NCBI GenBank assembly: GCA_001244265.2
Contig: CDLV01000007.1
Coordinates: forward strand, 992,001-1,056,000
Reading direction: 5' to 3'
Source of the DNA: Microbotryum violaceum
Taxonomy: Eukaryota
Length of the DNA: 64,000 nucleotides
In this document: positions 24,855 to 35,653 of the stretch, one piece after another
Layout: each line of letters starts with the position of its first letter
How positions within the stretch are numbered: the first letter of the stretch is position 1
Made by a program: the position numbers and the translations under genes
The notes under the pieces: generated by a model
What the model saw: the letters and a program-made list of their open reading frames with translations, nothing else
Told to the model about the DNA's origin: nothing
The model's database searches: none

Positions 24855-27800
24855 TCATTCCGGGGGGTCGTCGATGTAGATGAGTTTCTTGATTTGCACG
24901 GGGACGGCTTTGCCAAGGCTCCCATTATTGACGGTGAGGTTGCCGAAGGAATCGAGAGGGGCTTTGACCTGGGGCAGGTGTTGGATTAAAGATCACATTC
25001 AGCTATTAGTACGCAGTTCCTTCAGGTTAGAGATAAAGAGTCCTCACCTTCAGTATCCCATCGACCTTGACCTCTCCCTGCCCCTCCAAAGGTCCTTCAT
25101 AAACCAACGCCTTATCCCACTTGACGCGTCTAGCCGGTGCGCTCCCGACCGAAGTTTTCTTCGTCGCTCCCGATCCACGTTTCTTGTTCTCATTCGACGA
25201 TGTCGAGGGTCTCACAGGACTAGAATACTCCTCCTCGTCCCCTGGGGCTCGATAATGCGTCGTCTTCAATTGCTCCACCCTTGCGACCCCACCGCCAGTC
25301 GCAGAAGCTCCTCCCGTAGCGTCCAATTCCGAATTCAACAAATCGACCTCACTCCCATCCGTACTGCTCCTCAAGGCGTTGCGTCGCTTCGCGGCCTTCG
25401 CTTCTCTTCCCACAGACGTCGCTCCACTAACCCCGTACTCACCAATCGATTTACGGATCTTGCTCGTCGGACTTGGGGGTCGGGGTACTTCGAGATGGGT
25501 GACGATGACTTGGTGGTGGTTGAAATGAAGCTGGTTCTTTTTGGTGTTGCGTTGAGTGAGACGGGTGAGTTCGTCTTGAGTCAGGACGGGGGCGGGTTGG
25601 AAATTCAGAACAGGTCGAGGGGTGAGGGGTTCGAGGGGGGATTCGATCGTGTCGATCGAAGGTTTCTTTCGTCGGACGGGACGAGGGAGCAATGCGGTCG
25701 GCTGCTCTGAAACGGGTGTAGCTGGTGCGACGCGATCTTCGGCGAGGAGCCTGGTCTGTCGCGTCGGTCGAGGTAGAGGCGGAGGTAGCAATTCTCGAGC
25801 AGGAGCTGAGGGAGCGAAAACGCCTTTCGCTGCGACGGCGGAGGCGAGAGGATCGAGCGACTCGGTCGAAGCAGTCAGGATCGAGTCCGAAGACGGGGTA
25901 GGCCCCAGACCAAAGAGGCCCGTTCGGGGAAGTGGGAGTGGAGGCGGAAGCAGTTGAGGTTTGCTCCTGATCGGCGATGTATAGCCAGCGGAGGCCAGAG
26001 AAGGTGTTTTGGCGAGACCTAGCCCTCGGGATGTTGTTCCGAGTGCCGAGGGAGGTCGAGCGATCTCTAGGTCGACCTGCTGCAACGCAATGAAATGATG
26101 AGCATGCGACGCGCCGTACCAGGGTACTGCGATTTCAACTCACCTTTGTCGTGACAACACCATCCTTGACACGTTGAGCCTTCTTCTCCGGCGATCTCGG
26201 TGCTGCCGACGCGAGAGGAGCAGGGCGAGGCAAAAGGGGCAGCGCTGGGGTCGGAGGGCAATCAGCAACAGGTGTGGATGGAGCAGGAGGCATAGCCACC
26301 GGAACAACAATTGGCTGTACAGTGACTTCAACGGACGAAGCTGTACTTGCTGTGCTGAGCGCTGAAGCGGGCCGTCGGACCAAAGCAGTAGCGATATTCG
26401 ATGCCGAAGGACCAGCAATGATGCGCGATCCGGGGCGTCCTAGAGGCTGTCGGGCACTCGTGGTTGCAGATGGCGCACCCATAACACACCCCTCAGTTGC
26501 TGCGATAGTGTGATTTGTTCGCAGCGTCGTTGTCATCGCAGGCCGTGGTCCCGGTTTCTTCGCCATATTTTCATTCGCAGCACTCGCCGCCGCCGCTCTG
26601 CGTGCCGCTGCCGCTGCGACCCGAGTTGCACTCGCCCCAGGCGCGGCCATCACTCTTGGTCGAGTGGCCGCCACCGGAGCGGCCGTGGTCGAAGAAGACG
26701 AAGCCGTCGAAGCGGACGAGTTCGATCGAGCGTGATGATCAGTGGGAGGCGAAGGTCTCCGCGGTGATCGGCGAGGAGATGCCGGCGCATTCGCTGCTGC
26801 GAGATGTGATGAGGGTATGGTCGAACTCGTCCCTTCCGTCAAAATTGGTTTGGATCTAGGCACGGTCTGCTTCGTGACGGGTTTGCTAGGAGCGCTCGGT
26901 AGCCGGGTCGAGGGAAGAGCCGCCGAGCTCGACGGAATCGGCACCTTGGCTTTGACCAACCGAGTCGGTGAAGCAATCTTCCTCGCTACCACAGGTCGTG
27001 CAGTCGCAACGGGCACCGGGACCACCTTTTTCGAGGTCAAGGCAACCTTCTTTGACGCGGGTGAGCTCGACGTGGAAGGCACAGCCGAATTCGTAGCAAA
27101 GCTCGAAGCCTGAGTAGAGGTCGAAGGCCCAGCCAACATTGCCCGAGGCACGGGCACGGCCGAAGAAGCCGCCCCACCTGGCCTCGATTTGGGCTGGCTA
27201 GCTTTGGTGACGGGTTTGAAGATCTCGCGAGGTTTGGCCAACTGTCGGCGAGTGGTAGGAGCCGCAGTCACAGCTGCCAACTGTTCCTTGACGACGGAGG
27301 GAACGACGGGCGTTTTGGTCGGTGACGGAGCAGGTGATTTGGCCGCTGGTGTTTCAACAACGTCCGAGCTAGAAGTTTCTTCCTCACTGTCTTGCTGCTC
27401 CTCGGCGGGAGCCGTGGATGAGGACTCGGGGTGCTGAACGGGTCGGAAGGGTACTGGGACTGCTCGTTCGGCGGACTGCTCGGGAACGTTGTCGTTACAT
27501 TCTAGCTCCGTATCGACCTCATCTTTTGGACTGGGTGACGGCGAAGATGGAGTGCTTGTTTCTGGAGTTCCTTCTCCATCCTCTTCTTGTTCCGTCTCAT
27601 GATTGACCGCAACGTCGTCCTCTTCCTCGTTGTCCGGGCTGTCTGCTTCTTCGGCCGGGGTCACGAGCTGCTGCGCTTCGTCGACTGGATTGAAGAGATC
27701 GAAGTCATCTTGCTCGGCCTCGGCCTCCAATTCAGTTTCGTTCCCTTCATTCTCCATCTCATCCTCTTCTTCCTCTCCAAGCTCATCAGACTCCTCCAAA

Positions 27801-29187
27801 CCCCGCTCTTCTTCTTTTCCCTGCGCCTCCTCTTGCGCCTCCCCCTCTCGTTCCTCCCCAAACCCAAACTCCTCAAAGCACTTCACCATCCCCTCATCCA
27901 ACCCCACACCCTGCAAATCCACCTCACCCTCCCTCCCACTACCCGCCCCAAACGAGACCTCATCGACTTCCCAAGGCGAATCCGTATCGGTCAGTTCGTC
28001 ATCGTCGTAATCGATCGCTCGGCGAGGGGGGTGAAAAATGTGCTCGGTTTGTACGGTGGTGGAGTTTGTCGAATGAAGTAGTTCGAGTGCTGCGGCGGGG
28101 GGTTGTAGGTCGCGCATGGTGACGTAGGGCATGTGAGGGAGGGTTTCATCTTCCTCATCGTCCTCCTGGGTCGCTGCGTGGTTCTGGATCATGTGGGCCT
28201 CGTCAAAGAATCCCGAATAGGTTGTCGCATCGTCATAGTCCCCTAAGGCTCGGACCTGTTCCTCCTCATACGAACCCACCCGTCCGACCTCGGTGGCCAA
28301 AGCCATCCGACCCTCCTCGACCACCACCCGCAACATGCGCTGTAATTGTAATTGCTCCTCGTCCTGCACAGCCGGGAAATCGTTTTGTACGGGCCAGAAT
28401 GCTCTCAACCCCGATGGTGTACCCGGTCGTGAACCAACACCCGCGGTCGCGAACCGAAGAGGTGAGCCAGGTCGAAGAGGAGATGCGAGGTGGAGGTTGG
28501 AAGGCGTAGAAGGTCGTGAGCGGGGTGAAGAGGGTGGGAGGGTGGGAGAGTTTTCCTGGTTGTTCGCGTAGGAGTGAGCGGTGGGAAAGGGTGAGGAAGG
28601 TCTCGAGTCGTGGAGGGAGTGGGTGGTCGGCTTCAGAGGTGATGAGGTTTTGTTAGGGGTCGCCAAGACGAATGGTGATGCCGTGCGCAGAGGTGATGAC
28701 ACACGCAGGGCTGTGAAAGATGTACATCGCAAAATGTGTTAGTTTGCTTCGCTCATCCACTTGACTTGCAGGCCATCACCCATGATCTCGTCTGAAACTG
28801 ACGTGAAGCGCGTTGCTCGCCCGTTGTTGACTGACGGTTCGACACCGGCGACGACGACGAAGACCCGTGCAGCAACGAGACCGCTACGACATCCGGAAGA
28901 ACGACGACCGTGTCCCTTCTGGAAAGTCTTGCACTCCTCTTTCTTCCTTGGTCGAACACCGACCCCAAAGCCGTAGGAATAGGAACAGATGCCGACGAAG
29001 GCCCTGCGTCGGTCGTGATGGTCGTGGTCATGGACGAGCGTTTCGCGCCAAACACGACCGAATCGTCGCCGTCGGATGACGCACACGACGAGGGGGAACG
29101 CACGCTTCCTTGGGTTTCGAGGTGTGAGTCTTCCAGCTCTAGTATTGAGCGCGTTTGACGTCCATGGTCAACCATGCACAACGCCAT
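24855..29187 (-). CDS. Large low-complexity (acidic, then Ser/Pro/Ala-rich) hypothetical protein with an ordered-looking C-terminal block
   Basis: Long ORFs 26135-28732 and 25027-26085, plus 5' exon 28753-29187 and a last exon ending ..QIKKLIYIDDPPE* at 24855. The C-terminus has LTRLTQRNTKKNQ, RPPSPTSKIR and RRVKWDKAL. Confidence 0.75.
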
Positions 29188-29443
29188 CGGCCGCGAGTTC
29201 GGATACTCCCGAGTATGTGGATGTCGCGGCGCGGGTCGTGTGGCTTCGAGGTCGCAGAGCCGGCGGAGGGCCACGGGCGGGGAGATCGGCGGCGCCTGGC
29301 GCACAAACACGCGAGATTGGGGTGGGGCAGCGCGGTGAAAGTGTCACGTGACGTGGGATAAAGAACTTGCGGATGTACATGCAAGGGAGCCAAACTCTAG
29401 GGAAGACGTGTACAACACAAAATATGAAAATATCGCAGGTTCA

Positions 29444-30840
29444 TCAATCGAACATGCCACCCTCTGCACCGATCAAACCCAAAAGAGACAAGAGGAAAAT
29501 GTCAGCTCGGCCGATCAAGAACCGAGTACACCCGAATTCAGAGCACTGACCATCATCACCACCACCACCACCGACACCCAACATATCCCCATCGTCACCT
29601 TCACCGTTGTCAAAGTAGTTATCCTCGTACTCGTTGCCACCATCGTCGTCCTCGTCGTCTTCGAGACCATCCAGTTGCTCGTCGTCATCATCGGAGTTTC
29701 CCGAAACGTCACTCCTCTCTCCAGCACCTTCGGCATCCTGTGGGTAAAGTCAAAGAATGTTCATCATCAGGTCAGTCAAGCGTTGCATGGTGAATTTAGT
29801 CCGGCGGTGAAATTGGCGCCATCGGCCTCGGTCAAGTCAAACGTGACTTGCCTCTTCAGCTTTCATAAGATCGTCGACGTTCTTGCTCTTCTTTGACGAG
29901 CTCGAGTTGCCTAGAGCGAAAAAGTGACCCAGACCAAAGCCCAAACGATTAGCATTGCCTCACCGACCCATTCGCCAGCCCCTGACGGAGCCCAATCTCG
30001 CCCGCTCGCCCTCTCGCCCTCTCGCCCTCTCGCCCTCTCGCCCTCTCGTCGAACTGAAACTGACCTGGCTCATCCCTTCCGAGCCGTCTCTTGTTCGTCT
30101 TCTCCGTCCACACGGCTTCCGCAACACTGGAGGGTAACAAGTCGAGCGCGACGGTGCGGTGCTTGTGCCATTCCTTGAGCGTCGGTAGGTCTTTGCTTCG
30201 TCCGAGCTTGAATCGGTCCGTGTACTTTTCCAATTCTATGCAAACACGCCATCCCGTAGTTTTGAGACCAAAATTCATGAATATGAGGACGATGGCTATC
30301 AATCATTCATGAAACCAACTCTCTGCATCAGCACTGACCAGCTTGGGTCGTACTCGGCGCGGCGAGGTGAAAGGTCGAATTCAATCTCATCTCGTTGTTG
30401 AGGCGCAAGATGGTGCGTGCGATGCGTTGTTCGTCCGGGGAGGGAAAGTCGGTGTCACATTCGGGAGCAGGCTGAAATTGAGTCGGAGAAAAAGTAAAGA
30501 TAGCGTCAGCAAGTTGGTTGGTACAGCGAATGCGAGCACGGGCACGACCACGACCACGACCACGAGGAAAGGCACTTCGCAACCTCGACGACGAGTATAC
30601 GACAGCGAGCGAACGAGCTATGACGAGTGTACCAGCTCACACACCGCACACCGCACACCCAGTCCCCAACTTGCAGCTTACCGGGTACAACACGCCGGTC
30701 TCCAACTTGGAATGAGCGATGATGTCGGAGTAGAGCAATTGGCCGATCGGCATCTGAGGCGCACCCCCTGCACCCCCTGCACCACCACCCCGTCCACCTC
30801 GCCCACCTCGTCCCCCACCTCGTCCTCCACGTGCGGCCAT
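29444..30840 (-). CDS. RPC31: RNA polymerase III subunit RPC31/C31 (RPC7)
   Basis: MAARGGRGG N-terminus, LYP, ELEKYTDRF and an acidic tail with EDNYFDNGEGDD ending GGMFD*. Needs a GC-AG intron at 29738-29851. Confidence 0.88.
30005..30047 (+). repeat. 8-bp tandem repeat (CTCGCCCT)x5 in an RPC31 intron
   Basis: Read directly: ctcgccctctcgccctctcgccctctcgccctctcgccctctcg. Confidence 0.9.
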
Positions 30841-30999
30841 CCTGGTACTCGGGACTTGCTTGGAGGGTAGTCTAGAGGAACTAACGAGACGCGTGCGCAG
30901 ATACGAGGGGTGGATGAGGGCCAAGTGCACGAGGGGCAACGCCCAAGAGTCGGCGCGAGGAGTAAGCTCAACTAAGCCCACCCTCTGGGAGGGGCTTAC

Positions 31000-31034
31000 G
31001 AGTTATCTGCGCGCTTGGCCCAGTTGCCCTCCGA
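31000..31034 (+). repeat. Left terminal inverted repeat (35 bp)
   Basis: 34/35 match to the reverse complement of 33681-33715. Confidence 0.92.
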
Positions 31035-31344
31035 AATTTCAGGGCCATTTTGGGGTGGTTCTCTGTATCTTGGCAACTAGGCCCATTCCTGCAAAAGTGA
31101 GGGATTCTATTTTTCTTTATGCTCTAAAAAATGACATACCCCAAGTGGCGAGACCTTTCATAAGCTGTGGGTGGAGCTACAGCGATCCAAAGTCTGCGAT
31201 TTCGGTCGATCGGGCCTCAGATGGTCCGAGCGCATCGTGTAATTGGCGCTCTCATCATCGGCGAGCCTGCTCCGTTCGGCTTGATCACCTTGCCTACGCT
31301 TCGCTGTTCTCCTCTTTTCACGAGGATAGTCGGCCACGTCAAGC

Positions 31345-32485
31345 GTGACAATATCTGAAACCAAAAATGACGCGAACAAGCAGACGCCATACCTCATCAA
31401 TTTGCCAGAACAACCGCCGCGAGGCGGATCCGTATTCGCAGAATTTTGTAGCCGCGATCTCTCGCTATGTCAATACCTGTCGTGGCACTTCGGCCCATCC
31501 ACACGATTTCAAGGCGTTCAAACACACCGACCAAAGCTGTTCAACAGCAACTGGTCCAGCCTTAAGCGTGTACTTGATCTCATTCTACGACTTGCACGCG
31601 AGGATGGCGCAGAGTCAAGAAGCCAAATCAATGACTGGATCGCCGACTTGGAGCAGGTGGGCAACACTTCGTACTTCTTGGATTGATTCTCCGGATTCAA
31701 TAAAGCTACTGAATACTTGCCTTATTCGCCTGCAGGCCGACTCAAACATCATTAAAGAGATGAAGCGTGAGTGTTTCTGACCCTAGCTCGGGTGGGTATC
31801 GCAGCGAACTGACACCAAAAATCAACGCGCTGGCCGCAGCTTCATCGCAGATTTACCGCAGTGTCATGGGTCAGATCGCGTTCGCTTGCAACCAAAGGAA
31901 CAATGCCATGCAGCATCGCAACGGTCTCATGATTCTCGCATGTGGAGCGAACGACCGATTGACAACATTTCTGTACGATTGCGGCTTGACGACTGACATC
32001 TCGCTGGGCGACTCTCCAGGCAGCTGCGAGCTTGACGAAGGGGAATTGAAGGAGATTGGCTCGAACAAGTACTTCCATGTGACCGTTGACAACGTTGACG
32101 TCACACATCACGTCAACGATCAGCAATTGGATCGACGAACCGAGCTGCTTCATGGAACTTTTGGTTACACCCACATTCAGAACGGAGATATTGCCGACGC
32201 TTACAACCTTCGAGCCTACTCTGCACATCAAGCGTCTTTACCGCGAGTCAATCTCCAGCATCTCCTCCCAACTTCCCAATCCGACTCGTCATTTACAACC
32301 GGGATCAAAGCCCAGATATATCGAGCGCTTGCTCGACTGGTCCCTCATCTTGGCCTCAGTCTTCGCGATCCTCGATGCACACCACCCCCTATGGAACAAC
32401 TGGACGTCAAAAGGCCCGACATCAATTTGCTTCAAATGATGGACGAGTCGGATACCTCCACCGCGGATGTGGCACAAGTGGCTCA
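31345..32485 (+). pseudogene. Truncated DUF6589-like putative transposase
   Basis: QIAFACNQRNNAMQHRNGLMILACGANDRLTTFLYDCGLT..HVTVDNVD..LLHGTFGYTH..PPMEQL..LLQMMDESDTSTADVAQV resembles my recollection of the DUF6589 family common in rust fungi. Similarity stops abruptly near 32485 and the upstream part is frame-disrupted. Confidence 0.7.
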
Positions 32486-33354
32486 TGGATCCAGCGCGGT
32501 CGGCGCTGCCTGCGAGTCCCTACTCGGCGATCTTGATTGCCTCGTCATAGACGAGCAACTTGATGCGCTCTCGAAAGGACTCGTTAGAGATCAACTTTGC
32601 CCAATCTGCATTGTTGATATGCATTTCAGGAGACTTGACACGCAGCAAACAGGAAGGAAAATCAACACATCTGCACTTCACTCAAACAGGAGGTCAATCG
32701 GCACATACGATCAGAATGAAGGAGATCGTGTGACTGGGGTCGTCCAACTGCCTGTACAGCTCGCCATCTCTCCAGGTCTCCTCAGATACCACAACCGCTT
32801 TCTTTCCCTTTCGGTTGAGAGTGGCAGCCTGAAAGAGGCATGTGACTGCGGAAATCAGCACGGATGTCGGTCCAGCAAGCCCAGTCGGCAGAAAAACTCA
32901 CCTGATGATTGCTCAGTGCATTCAGTGGACTGACAACAATGGTGACGGCCCGGCGTCCATAAATGAGATACATTGCTTCGAAAATAACACTTTTGCCTGA
33001 ACCTGTTGGCGCTCTGACAAACACAGCGTCATATCGATCCCGGTGCCCAAATTGGTCGAGTTTGAAAAGTGCAGCAATGGCCTCGATCTGCACAGGCCGA
33101 GGGGTAGAGTCCTCGTCAAGACTTTCGCCCAGAATAACTTTGATCTTCTTACGTAATTCGCTGGAATCTCGTCAGTCCTCCTGAGTCAAACGTGGCCTCC
33201 AGTGACCGAGAACGGTTGTCGGTTTGGCTGAATGATTCGGTGCTGGGGTCGTAGGACTGGCCCTTGAAGCTGATCGCAAGGGAGACGCCCTGAACTCAAT
33301 TGACGGATGTTGACGGGGCGGTCCCCTTACCGGCCTGGGTGTTTGTACCGACAT
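32485..33354 (-). pseudogene. Truncated RecQ-like (SF2) helicase with in-frame stops
   Basis: PRPVQIEAI (Q-motif region), APTGSGKS (Walker A), IVVSPLNALSNHQ (motif Ia), SPEM (Ib), LLVYDEAIKIAE*GL (motif II region). In-frame stops: TGA 33172-33174 and TAG 32520-32522. Confidence 0.85.
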
Positions 33355-33680
33355 GGCTCATCATGAGGGGAGGTGATGAGGGGAGGTGCGATGTTGAGTG
33401 GAGGAGAGAGAGGATGCGTGAGGCGCGGCCGGGCTTGAGTGACCTGGATCTATGCAGCCTTCGACGCGGACCGGACTACGACTGGTCCGTGCGCCGACCT
33501 CCGTCTCGTTCGGAATCACTTGATTCAAGCTGCTGTAGCGAGATGATCAAGCGTTCCTAGACTTCAAGCTTCGGTGAAGCCTCATCAATAGAGATAGAGT
33601 AAAGATGTATCCCTCCAGTTTTCAGATAGCACCAATATATGCCATGCTACAGCAAGGGGGCACTTTTCAGGGCCAAACCC

Positions 33681-33715
33681 TCGGAGGGCAACTGGGCCAA
33701 GCGCGCCGATAACTC
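33681..33715 (-). repeat. Right terminal inverted repeat (35 bp)
   Basis: Reverse complement of the left TIR with 1 mismatch. Confidence 0.92.
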
Positions 33716-34230
33716 ACAAGTGTCATCGTGTACACTACATTGCAGGGGCGCTCTCAACTCCAGCATACGAAGATTGGGGGATGGGAACTCGGGCGCGCTC
33801 GGACCTCTTTAGATTCTGACTTAGATTACCCGAGGCAGCGACTAGCGCGGCTCTCCCTCTCTTTTCGCTTAACGTTCCCTATCCTCTTCTACTCGGCATC
33901 TTCGTTTGCTCACTGCGCTGCTCCTCATAACAAGCCCCTTTGGGAGGGGCGTCGAGCTTAGGCGAGGAGAGGATCACGGATCTGGATAAATCCTCGCAAG
34001 TCCTCGCATGTTGTCCATGTGATGCGCTGTGGAGAAGACCCTACCACTGTGGCATATTCCCATTCATTTCTATTTTTTGTAGTCTATCTTTGAATGTAGT
34101 CTAGCTTCAATCATTTCCTGCAGTAACGTCATTCTCCACGACGACTTATCACCACGGAAGAAATTCTTCCACCTCCTCGTCGAGCCTTCCCTCCCCCCCC
34201 CCCCCCCCCCCCCTTTACCCCTCCGCTCCC

Positions 34231-35359
34231 CTACTCCACAACATCCTCATTCCTCCCCGGACTAGGTGCCCTCGGATCGTCCTCGAAATGACCCTCATCC
34301 GCATACTTGTACACCACACCCAACCACCCCTCCTCACCTCTTCGCATCCGAATCTCAGTGAAGCAGCAATTCCCAATTCGTCGATCGAGGACTTGGTCGA
34401 GCGGGTCAGAAAATTCGGTTGGAGAGAGGAAATAGTTTGAGGATCGGTTTATGAGGAGGGAGTGCAGCAGTTGGCGAATCGAACCGCCGTGGGAGACGAT
34501 CAGCCATTGCCTTGGGGAAGCGGAAGAGGATCCTTCCTCGTTCATCCCATGCGCAGCGGTACTTCCGTTGGACGTCGCAGTGGACGTAGGGGTGAACGGA
34601 AATCGCTCGTCCCAAAAGGACAGAAGACGACCGGCAAATTCAGAAGTGGGTTCGATCGTTTTGGAATCGGCGGCGGTGCATTCTCCGCGGCGTTTGTTCT
34701 GTTCGGACACGTTCGGAAAAGCGGAGGTCAGAATCTTTCAGTTCGAGTCGGCGAGGGATGACGGTGGAGAAGGTCGCTCGACTGACCTGCATCGTACCCA
34801 AAAACTGAGTTCAAATAAAACAAAAACGAAACCTGAATCAGTAACATGATCAATCTTTATCGTCTACGACCTCGCTCGCCCTGGCACAATCGCCGCCCAG
34901 CAGCAGCTCGTTGCTCCACGACCTTCTCTCGCAACCGCCCACTCACCCGTTCCCTCAACCTCTCATCCTCCCTCACGCTCATCCTCTCAAAACCGGCCTT
35001 ATCCAAAATCGTCCTCGCCGTCACCTTGGCCCTCGACAAATCACTACTCCAAGCCTGATCAAAACCCTTGCATCCTCGAGCAGCGAGCACTCGGCCTGTT
35101 GTGGAGGCTTGGGCTAGACCTTGGGTGTTTAAGGGTACGTCGAGGTGACCTTGCACGGTTTTGGAATGATTGTAGGAGGTTTCACCGTGGCGCTGATGAG
35201 AATATTAGGGGGGTTGGGAGATTAATGATCAAGCCTTGTCAAAAAGGTGGTTTCAAGTCGGCTCGAGATGGGGACGACCAATGCTCTTTCGGTTGAGTAG
35301 TGACTTACGACGATAGTGATAATGACCTCATCAAGAGATGCCGGGGAAAAAGAACACAT
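34231..35359 (-). CDS. Histidine phosphatase / phosphoglycerate mutase family protein
   Basis: MCSFSPASLDEVIITIV|RHGETSYN..QGHLDVPLN..G..QA, WSSDLSRAKVTA, DERLRER|FLGTMQ|, LIVSHGGSIR, IGNCCFTEI. Confidence 0.9.
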
Positions 35360-35653
35360 GGCAACAAAGCCCGGCGATGGGAAATCAAGCCGGTGTGTTT
35401 AGTAGGGCAGGCGCAAGAGCTCGACGTGGACCTGGACGATAGTTGCGACGTCCCATCGACGTCAGAGGCCCGAGCGTCCGGCTCGCTGCCGATTGCTTCT
35501 AGCTTCGCTCCATGGGTGCAGAAAGGATGAACAAAGTAAAGCCATTGTTACACAAAAAACCCGAGAAAAGTAAAAGCGGAAGAAGAGTGAATGTCCTCAC
35601 AACCCCACTCCGCTGAGGAAAGGGTTTGGCTAGAGTACCAAAGGGGGGTGTCA

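Larger units (their letters stand above)
31000..33715. mobile_element. Internally deleted TIR DNA transposon carrying DUF6589-like and RecQ-like helicase remnants
   Basis: Left end 31000-31034 is GAGTTATCTGCGCGCTTGGCCCAGTTGCCCTCCGA. The reverse complement of 33681-33715 is GAGTTATCGGCGCGCTTGGCCCAGTTGCCCTCCGA (1 mismatch in 35). Both ends are flanked by AC (30998-30999; 33716-33717). Confidence 0.88.

Noticed and set aside
24880-25710. 276-aa plus-strand ORF, and the many similar overlapping ORFs throughout
   Set aside because: Antisense or alternate-frame shadows of better-supported genes in GC-rich coding DNA, with no recognisable motifs.
31767-32933. 388-aa ORF as an intact gene
   Set aside because: It starts at an intron GT, and its last ~150 codons are antisense to helicase exons. 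It is a chimeric read-through across the deletion junction.
30990-33725. Assignment of the TIR element to Kolobok or CACTA
   Set aside because: No TTAA target duplication and no CACTA/CACTG termini are visible. The superfamily is left unassigned pending searches.
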